NCBI RefSeq assembly: GCF_001194135.2
Contig: NC_068987.1
Location: forward strand, 12,220,929 to 12,284,908
DNA length: 63,980 nucleotides
Direction of reading: 5' to 3'
DNA from: Octopus bimaculoides
Taxonomy: Eukaryota
The notes beneath the pieces are model-generated. The model was not told where the DNA came from. It worked only from the letters and a program-made list of their open reading frames with translations, and did not search any database. A program made the position numbers and the translations under genes. Shown piece after piece: positions 52,357-61,247 of this stretch (the stretch's first letter is position 1; each line of letters starts with the position of its first letter).

Positions 52357-55300
52357 CATATATACGACGGGCTTCTTTCAGTTTCCGTCTACNNNNNNNN
52401 NNNNNNNNNNNNNNNNNNNNNNNNNNNNNNNNNNNNNNNNNNNNNNNNNNNNNNNNNNNNNNNNNNNNNNNNNNNNNNNNNNNNNNNNNNNNNNNNNNNN
52501 NNNNNNNNNNNNNNNNNNNNNNNNNNNNNNNNNNNNNNNNNNNNNNNNNNNNNNNNNNNNNNNNNNNNNNNNNNNNNNNNNNNNNNNNNNNNNNNNNNNN
52601 NNNNNNNNNNNNNNNNNNNNNNNNNNNNNNNNNNNNNNNNNNNNNNNNNNNNNNNNNNNNNNNNNNNNNNNNNNNNNNNNNNNNNNNNNNNNNNNNNNNN
52701 NNNNNNNNNNNNNNNNNNNNNNNNNNNNNNNNNNNNNNNNNNNNNNNNNNNNNNNNNNNNNNNNNNNNNNNNNNNNNNNNNNNNNNNNNNNNNNNNNNNN
52801 NNNNNNNNNNNNNNNNNNNNNNNNNNNNNNNNNNNNNNNNNNNNNNNNNNNNNNNNNNNNNNNNNNNNNNNNNNNNNNNNNNNNNNNNNNNNNNNNNNNN
52901 NNNNNNNNNNNNNNNNNNNNNNNNNNNNNNNNNNNNNNNNNNNNNNNNNNNNNNNNNNNNNNNNNNNNNNNNNNNNNNNNNNNNNNNNNNNNNNNNNNNN
53001 NNNNNNNNNNNNNNNNNNNNNNNNNNNNNNNNNNNNNNNNNNNNNNNNNNNNNNNNNNNNNNNNNNNNNNNNNNNNNNNNNNNNNNNNNNNNNNNNNNNN
53101 NNNNNNNNNNNNNNNNNNNNNNNNNNNNNNNNNNNNNNNNAATTCATCCTCAGGGAAGGAATCCATCACCCTGCACAAGTCTCTTTTCCACACGACCTCC
53201 ACAGCCACTTGCGGAGGCCAATCAGGGTCCTTGGTACAGGTGAGGATCCCTCTCCTCGGACCTTTCCTAATAAACTTCTTAACAAATTCTTGGACGGCCC
53301 CTCCCTTGTGGAATAGGATTACAAATTCTTCCTCCTCGTAGGGTGAGGCCACAGTTTCTACTGTCGGCGGCACAATTCCCACCGACAGGCCTTCCTCCAT
53401 TGGTGGCACAATTCCCACTAACGGAGCATTAGGACATGCCGGTAGTGTGCTATCAGGCACCGACCGTGTCCCGTTCTTCTTTTTTTAGCTACTTACCACA
53501 CAGCCATTCCTGTGCCTATGGCATGCTAATGATTCTGCTAGCTCGCCGCTCTCAATGGTTTCAAATTTTGCCACAAGGGCAGCGACTTGTGGGGAGTGAA
53601 TGCGTTGATTTCATTGGCCCCAGTGTTCAACTACTACTTGATTTATGGACCCTAAAAGGACGAAAGGCAAAGTCGGTCTCGGCGGAATTTGAACTCAAAA
53701 CATAGTGATAGGCTACTAACAATTCTGCCAACTTGCCACCTTACCACCTTAATAATAATTTTAAAATTATGAGCTTAATATGTCTTGTATGTTATGGAAC
53801 TGGTATTTAAGAAACATAGCAATATGACACTGCTGAAAGAAAGACCAAGCCATCATAAACTAAGACTAAGATCTACCTGGTGGAAACAGTTAATTGAAAG
53901 ATTACAAATATCAATATATGACCAAGGTAGGAAAACATCCATAGATTAGTTAATGTTAACACATTTAAAGCAATGAGCATGAAAAAGGAAATTAGAAAGA
54001 TCAAATTTGATTTTTACTGTATGTTGCTTTTAAGGAGTTAAACCTAAATTAAGTCTTTATTTTTCTCTTCTAAATAAATATAAAATGTATGTATGTGTAT
54101 GTCTGTGTGTATATATCGGTGTGTGTATTATAGATAGATAGATAGACAGACGGACTGGTAGATAGACAGACGGACTGGTAGATAGACAGACAGACAGATA
54201 AATATAGACATATTGTTCAGTTTACACTGTTCCCTATTTATAAACATTTGCTGTGAAAAGAGAGGCGATATTTCAACTGGAAATTTGGGTTGTTTCCCTT
54301 GGATCGATAGCTTCTGCATTACTCTAAGCAGTTTCCATTAAACGAGCTTCTGCGATTACTTTTTCCAAATTCATTGGAACTCTAATGCCTTCTTTGCATC
54401 ATCATCATCATTCAACGTCCGTTGTCCACGCTGACATGGGTTGGACGGTTGGACCAGACTTAGGGTTAGTTGAGGGGCTACACCAGACTCCAGTTTGATT
54501 GGGTATGATTTCTACAGCTAGATGCCCTCCTTCCTAACGCCGACCACTCCAAGAGTGTAATGGGTGATTTTACGTGCCTCTGGCACGGGTGCCATTTGCA
54601 TGGCACCAGTATCTGCCACGACTGTGATTTTACTTGGTTTTACGGGTCTTCTTCTCAAGCACCATATAATATATATATATATATGTCCCTTCTCCAATTG
54701 CTAAATGTCCTTTAAATTTGAAATCTTAATTGTTGATATGACATGGTATGTCATAAGTGTCTGTATATTGTGTTTTTTGTCAATTTAGTTATAAAATAAA
54801 CAGATTAATCAATGAAATACAGTGTCTGCAAGTTGATGAGTACCTCATATTCCTCTCCATTTTCTTATGGCTATATATATATTATATCAGAAGCTACAGG
54901 CCTGAAATATAGTGTTTGTAGAATTCTGACAGAAAATACAATTCTTCACTTGGTTATTGCTTTTGAGACTGTATTTGGAATTTTCAAAAAAAAATTGTAT
55001 CCTGCTGCTAAATATAGATGTGGAAAAGGGTTGCGAACTGGCAAAATTGTTAGCATGCCGGATGAAACCCCTAGCAGCATTTCATCCTTTTGAGTTCAAA
55101 TCCCACTGAAGTTGACTTTGCCTCTTATCTTTTTGGGAGTCAATAAAACAAATACCAGTTAATGCAATCAATTTAACCCTTACCTCAAAATTGCTGGCCT
55201 TGTGCCAAAATCTGAAACCTAGATGTGGCGAGAGTAACTTTTGCAGAATTGTATTTGGATGCAATGTGCAATATAACTGAAGATTGCAGATGAGAAGAAG

Positions 55301-55902
55301 TCAGTAAGTAGAATGATTGTTGTTTGATTGAGTTTAGGAATTTAGAAAGGAAGTGTAAGAACAAACAACTAATTACATTCTATATTTGTGTCTGATGAAG
55401 GGTGATCAAAGCAATGAGGCTGAAGAAATCTTTCCTTAATCATTGTTGCATTTCATTGAGGAAAATGAGGTGTCCATAGTACGTTCTGGATGAACTTCTG
55501 AAAATAATTGTTCCTGAATTTTAGCCAAGGAACAGTTGATATGAATGAAATTGCTTTGGTTGGTGATGAGGTTTAACTCTAGTATTTGAAGTACAAATCT
55601 GAATGCTGCCATTTTATTTACAAATGGGTGACTGTAAGTCTTTCACTAAAGTATACCATAATGCACTTGGACTGGATTGAAAGTAACAATAATGATCTCA
55701 TATCATTTTATCATTTTCACAACAGTCATGGGCACAGGCATGGCTGTGTGGTAACAAGTTTGCTTCACAACCACAGAGTTTCAAGTTCAGTCCCACTGCA
55801 TGGCACCTTAGGCAATTGTCTTTTACTATATCCTTGAGCTTTGAGCTGACAAAGCCCTGTGAGTGGATTTGGTAGTCAGATACTGAAAAGCCTGTCATAT
55901 AC

Positions 55903-55942
<40 letters not shown>

Positions 55943-56740
55943 ACTTTTTCAATTCCCAAGTGTTATACTTATACATTTGTTTGTTTTCTACACCACCTGT
56001 CTTCATCTGTTGTTTTTTTTGTGAATTCTCGCTATATATATATACATGGTATGTAGCTTGCTTACCAACCACATGGTTCTAGGTTCAGTCCCACTGCGTG
56101 ACACCTTGGGCAAGTGTCTTCTACTATAGCCTTGGGCCAACCAAAGCCTTGTGAGTGGATTTGGTAGACGGAAACTAAAAGAAGCCTGTCGTATATATGT
56201 ATATGTATGTGTGTGTGTGTGTGCTTTTGTGTCTCTGTATTTGTCCCCCCACAATATCACTTGACAACCAATGCTGGTGCATTTATGTTCCTGTAACTTA
56301 GCGGTTCGGCAAAAGAGACCAATAGAATAAGTACTAGGCTTACAAAGATTAAGTCCTGGGGTCGATTTGCTTGACTAAAAGTGGTAATCCAGTATGACCA
56401 CAGTCAAATGACTGAGACAATTAAAAGGATAAAAGAATGTGTGTGTGTGTGGGTGTGTGTGTGTGCGTGCGTGTGTATGTGTATAATAACATGAATCTAT
56501 CAGCTACTACAAAATTCAAACCAACACAGACAGATAGGATGACCTTGAAGTCAAAGATTTTAAACTGACGGAGACAACACTTGAATATCACTCGTGGAAA
56601 CACAACTGGATCTTATTATGCAAAAAAAATTGCATAATCAAATACCTGTATTTTTGGAGAACCACAGTGGGTGGAAACAACTGTAGTGATTAAAAAGTAA
56701 CTGTCCAACCATACTCCTTCTTACTGACTCCAATTTCTTC

Positions 56741-56783
<43 letters not shown>

Positions 56784-58251
56784 NNNNNNNNNNNNNNNNN
56801 NNNNNNNNNNNNNNNNNNNNNNNNNNNNNNNNNNNNNNNNNNNNNNNNNNNNNNNNNNNNNNNNNNNNNNNNNNNNNNNNNNNNNNNNNNNNNNNNNNNN
56901 NNNNNNNNNNNNNNNNNNNNNNNNNNNNNNNNNNNNNNNNNNNNNNNNNNNNNNNNNNNNNNNNNNNNNNNNNNNNNNNNNNNNNNNNNNNNNNNNNNNN
57001 NNNNNNNNNNNNNNNNNNNNNNNNNNNNNNNNNNNNNNNNNNNNNNNNNNNNNNNNNNNNNNNNNNNNNNNNNNNNNNNNNNNNNNNNNNNNNNNNNNNN
57101 NNNNNNNNNNNNNNNNNNNNNNNNNNNNNNNNNNNNNNNNNNNNNNNNNNNNNNNNNNNNNNNNNNNNNNNNNNNNNNNNNNNAAAAAAACAAGGAGAGA
57201 AGAAAAAAAAAAAAAAAGAATGTGTAGTGGCTAGTGATCTATCATATATATATATGATGGGCTTCTTGCAGTGTCCATTTATCAAATCTACTCACACAAG
57301 GTTTTGGTCAGCCCGGGGCTATAGTACAAGATGCTACACGGTGGGATTGAACCCAAAACCATGTGGTTGTGAAGCAAGCTTCTTAACCACGCAGCCATAT
57401 CAGTAGATAAAAATATTTCTAATTTAATGTATTTGTGGGTCACTGAACAGTTGATATTTTTTAGATAGTTTTTTAGTTTTTTGTATTACTATTTGTTTAA
57501 TTTTCGCTAGAAATAGATAATTGCGTGGGGTTATTTTTATACTTAAAATATATTACATACATGTAGCTGTGCTTGAGAAGATCTGTTGAGTCAAGTGAAA
57601 TCATTGTTGAGGCCAATGCCAGTGCTGCCTGACTGGCTCCCATGCTGGTGGCACATAAAAAGTACCATTTGAGCGTGGTTGAAGCCAGTGCCAGCGGACT
57701 GACCCTCAAGCTGGTGGCACATAAAGAGCACCATCCGAGTGTGGTCAATGCCAGTGCTGCCTGACTAGCCCTCATGCCAGTGGCATGTAAAAAGCAACCA
57801 TTACACTCTCAGAATGGTGGTTGGCATTAGAAACGGCATCCAGCTGTAGAAACCTTGCCAGAACAGATTGGAACCTGGTGCAGCCTACTGGCTTGCCAAG
57901 GCCTCAATCGGGCTGTCCAACCCATGCCAGCATGGAAAGCGGACATTAAACGATGATTATGATGATAATGATGATGATGATGTAGGCCAAAGGTAAATGT
58001 TAAAAACAAAACATTCAAAAGCACTGGAGATGGTACCACATAAAATCACTGGTGCTGGTGCCATCTAAAAAGCACTGGTGATGGTGCCACATAAAAAGTA
58101 TCCAGTATACTCTGTAAAGTGGTTGGCATTAGGAAGGGTATTCAGCTGTAGAAATCAAATCAAAACAGGCCATAAAACCTGGTGTGGACTCTGGCCTTGC
58201 CAGCTACTGTCAAGCTGTCCAACCCATGCCAGCATGGAAAGCAGGTGTTAA

Positions 58252-58297
<46 letters not shown>

Positions 58298-59453
58298 ATT
58301 ATAAATAGAAAGTGTTGACCCCTGGTTAAAATAAAATAATATATAAAAAGTCAATAACAAACAGTAAAATAATTCAATTAAGTGTACTTACACTTTCAAG
58401 GCAGTTTCTAACTCTTTTAAATCATCTTGTTTCTTTTTTAAATCCTTGGTAATTTTACTTAGAAAATCTTCAAAGTTTTCTACTACAACAGGATCATCTT
58501 CTCTGCGTAACTGAATCCAAAGTTCCTTAATATGCTTGATAGAGCCGTCACTATAAAAATGATAGAAATCAATGAAAGAAATTTAGCTTCATAAATATAG
58601 AATACAGTAGAACCTCACAGTATGGGTAATTTGCTTGTACAAGCTGAGACTCATGTAATTTTTTGTCTTGAAGTATGATTGGAGATCCGAAGTATGAGCA
58701 CACAAATTATCCCATCTTTAAGGTAATTCAGTTAATAAAACCAGTTTACATATTTCTTTTGCATTCTCTTTTTTATAATTCTTATTTTACTTGTAACTAC
58801 ACACACCTCTTCTGTTTCAAAACCCATAAAAAGTTATTTTTGAGTGGTTTTTAGGGGCTGGAATGGATTAATTAGTTTTTAGTTAATTTCAATGGGAAAA
58901 ATTGGATTAATTATTTTTTAGTTAATTTCAATGGGGAAAATTGATTTGTAAAACAAGTAAATCGTAAGACAAGCTTGGTCATGGAATGAATTAAACTCAT
59001 CCTACAAGGTATCACTGTAATAGATTTATGATATAGAAGCACAAGCTTTCAAATTTCATGGATAAATATAGTCAATTAAATCAGTACTTGGAACAACGGA
59101 AGCAATATTATGATAGGCATCTTCCAGTTTCCATCTACAAATTTCAATCACAAGGCATTGGTCAACACACAGCTATAGCAGAAGACACCAGCCACAACAG
59201 TGTCCACACAGTGAGGCTGCATCCTAAACAACATGGTTCCAAACCAAACTTCTTTATAGCATGGTCAGGCCCGCACATATTAGAGTACCATAAGAAAATT
59301 AATTCAAGAAGACTAAATCTTACTCATGAATGACATCTTTAGCACCGACTGTAGTAAACATCTCAGTAAAAGCCTGATCATCCATTTCTTCATTTTCCAC
59401 CCCATAAACATGTTCCTCTTGATGTGGTTCAGCTGGTATTCCAATGAAACGAT
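3936..59453 (-). CDS. CRACR2A: Partial multi-exon gene: CRACR2A/EFCAB4B-like EF-hand, coiled-coil (Rab46/Rab44-class) protein; 13 exons in window, 5' and 3' ends outside the window or in gaps
   Basis: 13 GT-AG exons join in frame with no stop. Peptide includes [72 protein letters not shown] and [10 protein letters not shown]. These match my recollection of human CRACR2A ([82 protein letters not shown]). Orthology versus RAB44/RASEF needs a phylogeny. Confidence 0.85.
5121..5347. mobile_element. piggyBac-like MITE family 2; second, incomplete copy at about 17795-18008
   Basis: TTAA-CC(G/C)TTTAGCATT ... AATGCTAAAGGG-TTAA. Confidence 0.8.
5786..5863 (-). CDS. CRACR2A: Exon (78 nt, phase 2 to 2): [25 protein letters not shown]
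   Basis: Acceptor attaaattttcag, donor GTGAGT; in frame. Confidence 0.85.
6076..6290 (+). mobile_element. SINE family B
   Basis: ggtggtgagctggcggaaacgttagc...gttctgagttcaaattccgcc...ctttgcctttcatcctttt. Confidence 0.85.
6819..7049 (-). CDS. CRACR2A: Exon (231 nt, phase 2 to 2): [76 protein letters not shown]
   Basis: Lies within ORF 6698-7333; acceptor ctttttaccatgacatgaattactccag, donor GTATGG; SISVVEDL resembles human IISVEEDP. Confidence 0.85.
8941..9110 (+). mobile_element. tRNA-derived SINE family A (5' half, runs into internal (TA)n)
   Basis: taggcgcaggagtggctgtgtggtaag...gggttcagtcccactg...ccttgggcaagtgtcttct...gacggaaactgaaagaag. Confidence 0.85.
10481..10696. mobile_element. Tc1/mariner-type MITE with internal 85-bp tandem duplication
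   Basis: TA-CAGGGTATCCACAATGTC...GACTTTGTGAACACCCTG-TA. Confidence 0.8.
11385..12045 (+). mobile_element. Cluster of three tandem family-B SINE copies
   Basis: Three successive heads and bodies (about 11388, 11620, 11805) with gagttcaaat / aagtaccagtt motifs. Confidence 0.8.
12415..12815 (+). mobile_element. SINE family A, full length, with internal microsatellite and 3x17-bp duplication
   Basis: Head, central TA/TG tract, tail ggtggtgctccatcatgacc...tgactgaaaca. Confidence 0.85.
16114..16660 (-). mobile_element. 5'-truncated RTE LINE (ORF end plus 3'UTR)
   Basis: Minus-strand [25 protein letters not shown]; 3'UTR motif ctacagctggatgcccttcctaa. Confidence 0.8.
18458..18558 (-). CDS. CRACR2A: Exon (101 nt, phase 0 to 2): [33 protein letters not shown]
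   Basis: Strong acceptor ttttgctttcaacag; [10 protein letters not shown] resembles human [11 protein letters not shown]; donor AG/GTGCTG is weak but phase-compatible with the next exon. Confidence 0.8.
18626..18856. mobile_element. piggyBac-like MITE family 1
   Basis: TTAA-CCCTTTTG(A/T)TACC ... GGTAACAAAAGGG-TTAA. Confidence 0.85.
20311..20546. mobile_element. hAT-type MITE
   Basis: CAGTGGTTCTCAACC ... GGTGAGAACCACTG; 8-bp TSD ccttattg / ccttaatg. Confidence 0.85.
21023..21058 (-). CDS. CRACR2A: Small exon (36 nt, phase 0 to 0): [12 protein letters not shown]
   Basis: Acceptor atattgccag, donor GTATTT; symmetric and in frame; no homology check possible. Confidence 0.7.
23155..23685 (-). 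mobile_element. Two family-B SINE copies (one spans a small gap)
   Basis: Reverse-complement match to the family-B consensus. Confidence 0.8.
24576..24627 (-). CDS. CRACR2A: Exon (52 nt, phase 2 to 0): [17 protein letters not shown]
   Basis: Acceptor ttttaatttacag, donor GTATAT; matches N+.L.D++D. Confidence 0.9.
24835..25125 (+). mobile_element. SINE family A (gap inside)
   Basis: Body and tail with gtaaaaga repeats. Confidence 0.8.
25343..25414 (-). CDS. CRACR2A: Exon (72 nt, phase 2 to 2): [23 protein letters not shown]
   Basis: Acceptor ttttttaatacag, donor GTATAG; conserved L+KQLD.LR motif. Confidence 0.93.
25733..26040 (+). mobile_element. SINE family A
   Basis: Head to truncated tail. 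Confidence 0.75.
26521..26678. mobile_element. Tc1-like MITE
   Basis: TIR tggccaaaagtttggaaca / tgttccaaacttttggcca, TA ends. Confidence 0.8.
26755..26870 (-). CDS. CRACR2A: Exon (116 nt, phase 0 to 2): [38 protein letters not shown]
   Basis: Acceptor ggttcttaaaag (the phase-compatible AG), donor GTAAGT. Confidence 0.85.
26998..27231 (-). mobile_element. tRNA-derived SINE, family B (ggcggcgagctggcagaa head), forming the 3' part of the 5.8S chimera
   Basis: Full-length match to the other family-B copies; gagttcaaattcc B-box; aataaagaaata tail. Confidence 0.9.
27233..27388 (-). rRNA. Isolated 5.8S rRNA copy (retro-pseudogene, slightly 5'-truncated) fused to a SINE
   Basis: Minus strand reads GACGGGAGATCACTCGGCTTGTCAGTCGATGAAGAGCG...GTGAATTGCAGGACTCAGTGAACATCGACACCTTGAACGCACATTGCGGCCCC...GAGAGTC, containing the conserved 5.8S motifs; no 18S or 28S sequence in the flanks. 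Confidence 0.9.
28940..29011 (-). CDS. CRACR2A: Exon (72 nt, phase 0 to 0): [24 protein letters not shown]
   Basis: Acceptor gctttacttttag, donor GTAAGT; in frame with neighbours. Confidence 0.9.
29542..29637 (-). CDS. CRACR2A: Exon (96 nt, phase 0 to 0): [32 protein letters not shown]
   Basis: Acceptor ataattttcag, donor GTAATT; coiled coil. Confidence 0.9.
31186..31540 (+). mobile_element. Helentron-associated non-autonomous element (HINE/DINE-like)
   Basis: ttattacctccacc start, gtctg/tttg microsatellite, gatatctcaagaaccactggatggattt core, sub-terminal ggcagaggt inverted repeat. Confidence 0.7.
31991..32172. mobile_element. Tc1/pogo-like MITE; related left end near 17552-17595
   Basis: taccgtatttaatggcatat / atatgccatcaaatatggta. 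Confidence 0.7.
33249..33740 (-). mobile_element. 5'-truncated RTE LINE
   Basis: Minus-strand peptide ...[39 protein letters not shown]..., followed by 3'UTR and catcatc tail. Confidence 0.85.
35445..35890 (-). mobile_element. SINE family A, full length
   Basis: Reverse-complement tail, central CA/TA tract and head. Confidence 0.8.
39690..39975 (-). mobile_element. RTE-type 3' end
   Basis: (cat)n tail plus 3'UTR motifs; further short copies near 1560-1750, 10270-10480, 15555-15745, 26268-26425, 34020-34145, 40575-40680, 50590-50770 and 54400-54665. Confidence 0.8.
39978..40113. repeat. Minisatellite, 8x17 bp (ggctctggttggcccaa), derived from the SINE A body
   Basis: Units start at 39978 with a period of 17, then continue into ggctatagcagaa of SINE A. 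Confidence 0.95.
40241..40331 (-). CDS. CRACR2A: Exon (91 nt, phase 2 to 0): [30 protein letters not shown]
   Basis: Acceptor tttcaaattacag, donor GTAGGT; LYEEME.QIK.EKE motif. Confidence 0.93.
44326..44959. mobile_element. Mariner-derived fold-back element (two left ends) with transposase N-terminal fragment
   Basis: TIRs tatgaggggaagtcaaaaattatctgcacttt / aaagtgcagataatttctgacttaccctcgta, TA ends; minus strand 44562-44804 encodes the mariner HTH region [30 protein letters not shown]...[16 protein letters not shown]. Confidence 0.9.
45340..45695. repeat. Compound (TA)n/(CA)n/(TACA)n microsatellite
   Basis: Directly visible; other long tracts at 6396-6441, 9510-9650, 28275-28870, 30070-30155, 40440-40790 and 42860-42943. 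Confidence 0.95.
45875..47000 (-). mobile_element. 5'-truncated RTE-clade LINE (ORF C-terminus, 3'UTR, (ATG)n tail; gap inside)
   Basis: 46720-47000 translates on the minus strand to [69 protein letters not shown]..., the typical RTE WFGHV.RM / RGRP..W C-terminus. Confidence 0.9.
47340..47540 (-). mobile_element. SINE family B
   Basis: Reverse-complement family-B motifs. Confidence 0.75.
48258..48475 (-). mobile_element. SINE family B
   Basis: Reverse-complement family-B motifs, ends gccagctcgctgcc. Confidence 0.8.
48788..48985 (+). mobile_element. SINE family B
   Basis: aaggtggtgagctagcaaaatcgttagc...gagttcaaattctgccgagg. Confidence 0.8.
49034..49411 (+). mobile_element. tRNA-derived SINE family C with 15-bp TSD
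   Basis: A-box TGGCACAGTGG, B-box-like GGTTTCGATTCC; TSD tataagttaactagt at 49019-49033 and 49412-49426. Confidence 0.85.
49412..49684. mobile_element. AT-rich MITE with about 70-bp imperfect TIRs (host of SINE C)
   Basis: ttaactagttaac...aactaatcaattgtttgattggtcattcagttaatca versus its reverse complement at about 49615-49684. Confidence 0.6.
49846..50073. mobile_element. piggyBac-like MITE family 1 (opposite orientation); partial copy near 10960-11130
   Basis: Same TIR and TTAA ends; interior is the reverse complement of 18626-18856. Confidence 0.85.
51595..51880 (-). mobile_element. SINE family A
   Basis: Reverse-complement body and head. Confidence 0.8.
52132..53519 (-). mobile_element. 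SINE family A interrupted by a gap and a GC-rich insertion
   Basis: Tail and body at 52132-52392; remaining head agctacttaccacacagccattcctgtgcctat at 53487-53519. Confidence 0.75.
53525..53745 (-). mobile_element. Family-B SINE fragments
   Basis: ggcggaatttgaactc and gctagctcgccgc motifs. Confidence 0.7.
56058..56435 (+). mobile_element. SINE family A, near full length
   Basis: Head, TA/TG tract and tail. Confidence 0.85.
57565..57985 (+). mobile_element. RTE LINE 3' end with 3x66-bp tandem units and (GAT)n tail
   Basis: gctgtgcttgagaag (AVLEK ORF end), 66-bp units at 57618, 57684 and 57750, ccaacccatgccagcatggaaagcggacattaaacgatg. Confidence 0.8.
58030..58295 (+). mobile_element. RTE-type 3' end
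   Basis: gtaaagtggttggcattaggaagg...ccaacccatgccagcatggaaag...(gat)n. Confidence 0.75.
58392..58550 (-). CDS. CRACR2A: Exon (159 nt, phase 2 to 2): [52 protein letters not shown]
   Basis: Acceptor catttttatag, donor GTAAGT; strong family motif LW.QL+++...NFEDFL. Confidence 0.93.
59324..59453 (-). CDS. CRACR2A: Exon (130 nt, phase 1 to 2): [42 protein letters not shown]
   Basis: Acceptor ttttcttttaacag, donor GTAAGA; resembles the post-EF-hand region (EEKVY...DEEAQFRMLMDRLGA). Confidence 0.9.
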
Positions 59454-60164
59454 CTGTTAAAAGAAAAGACAAATGAAATTAATTGTTATTATACTGTAGT
59501 TCATACGTATGAAGTATTATATGAGTAATGCATTCTATATTTCCTTTCCAACCATGAAGTGATCAAGACAACTGAAATCTTGCACTTGCAGTAGTATTCT
59601 TCAATATCTGATATGAAACAAAAACAACAAACAAACAGAAAGCAATCCAAATGAATATCTTCTTTATTCTCTGTGACTTTATTGGGGTTAAACGCTACAG
59701 TGACTAATAGAGAAAAAGGGCACAAGCAAATTATAATGAAAACCCAATGTTCTGTGAAATGAATGCTAACACACACATTCACACACACACATTCACACAC
59801 ACATACACACACACACATTCACACACACATACACACACGTGTAGATGGATGGATGGATGGATGGATGGACAGAAAGACAGCTAGATAAACAGATAATTTG
59901 AAAAACCAATAGATAATATAGGTTTGGTAACACAAACAAGAAAACAGAAGTCAAAACATGAGTATATATACATACATACATATATATCTCTCTCTCTTTT
60001 TCTCTTTCTTTACTTGTTTCAGTCATTTGACTGCGGCCATACTGGAGCACCGCCTTTTAATCGAGCAAATCGACCCCAGGACTTATTCTTTGGAAGCCTA
60101 GTACTTATTCTATCGATCTCTTTTGCCGAACCGCTAAGTTACGGGGACGTAAACACACCACAAA

Positions 60165-60395
60165 ACACCATTTGAGCATGGCCATTGCCAGTACCACCAG
60201 ACTGGCTCTCATGCCAGTGGCACGTAAAAGCACCCACTACACTCTCGGAGTGGTTGGTATTAGGAAGGGCATCCAGCTGTAGAAACTCTGCCAGATCAGA
60301 TTGGAGCATGGTGCAGCCATCTGGTTCGCCAGTCCCCAGTCAAATCGTCCGACCCATGCTAGCATGGAAAGTGGACATTAAACGATGATGATGAT
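60165..60395 (+). mobile_element. RTE-type 3' end, abutting a family-A SINE 3' half (60008-60160, minus strand)
   Basis: Same 3'UTR and tail motifs. Confidence 0.8.
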
Positions 60396-61196
60396 GTATG
60401 TGTATGCTTTATGTTTATATGGTTGAATGACTGCATAGGGCTCAAATGTTTGCTTTCTAAGGCTGAATATCCTTCTTAACCTCAATCAATTTTACTGAGC
60501 AAGCTTTGTTATTCATTTTTTGCATGATGACCACACAAGTGTTGGTGCCATGAAAAAACACATCTACTACACTCTGTAAATTGGTTGGCATTAGGAAGGG
60601 CATCCAACATTAGAAACCACACCGAGGTAGACACTGGACCATGATAGAATCCTCAAACTGCACCGTGTAGCATTTTGGATCCTGTCAAACCATTTAACCC
60701 ATGTCTGCATTAATGGAAATTAACCTTTAGCACACTATACTTTCTCTAGAATTGTTTCCACTGTGACAACCCTGTTTCTACAGGGGAGAAAACTCATATG
60801 GTGACATGATACACCTACAGTGTGCTAAGGATGATGATGATGATGGACCCTGAGAGATTTTTAAGATGTGTTTCTAGGTAACTGAAGAAATAGCTTATCA
60901 TTTTGGAAGTAATTGTGCCTGTAGTTCTTTTATCTATTCCTTTCATTGAGTAGGTGATCTATAGGTGTGGCCTAAGTGCAACGTGTCAAGATATGAAGTG
61001 TGCTGTTTTTGTGTTCTTTGTAGTTTATTTTGATTTATTGCATACAAGTCAATAATGGGCCAGGTAAAGCTCATATAATTTATCATACATTTAATGCACT
61101 GTATTCATGCCATTGTTGTCTCTGATAGCTGCCAAAAATGTGGTATCTATGCATGCTCTAAGAATGTTTGTGTGTCCTTTGCTTTCTTTTCTTTGA

Positions 61197-61247
<51 letters not shown>

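Noticed and set aside
55260-55600. Possible degenerate LINE/Penelope coding fragment
   Set aside because: Multiple stops and no motif I can name with confidence.
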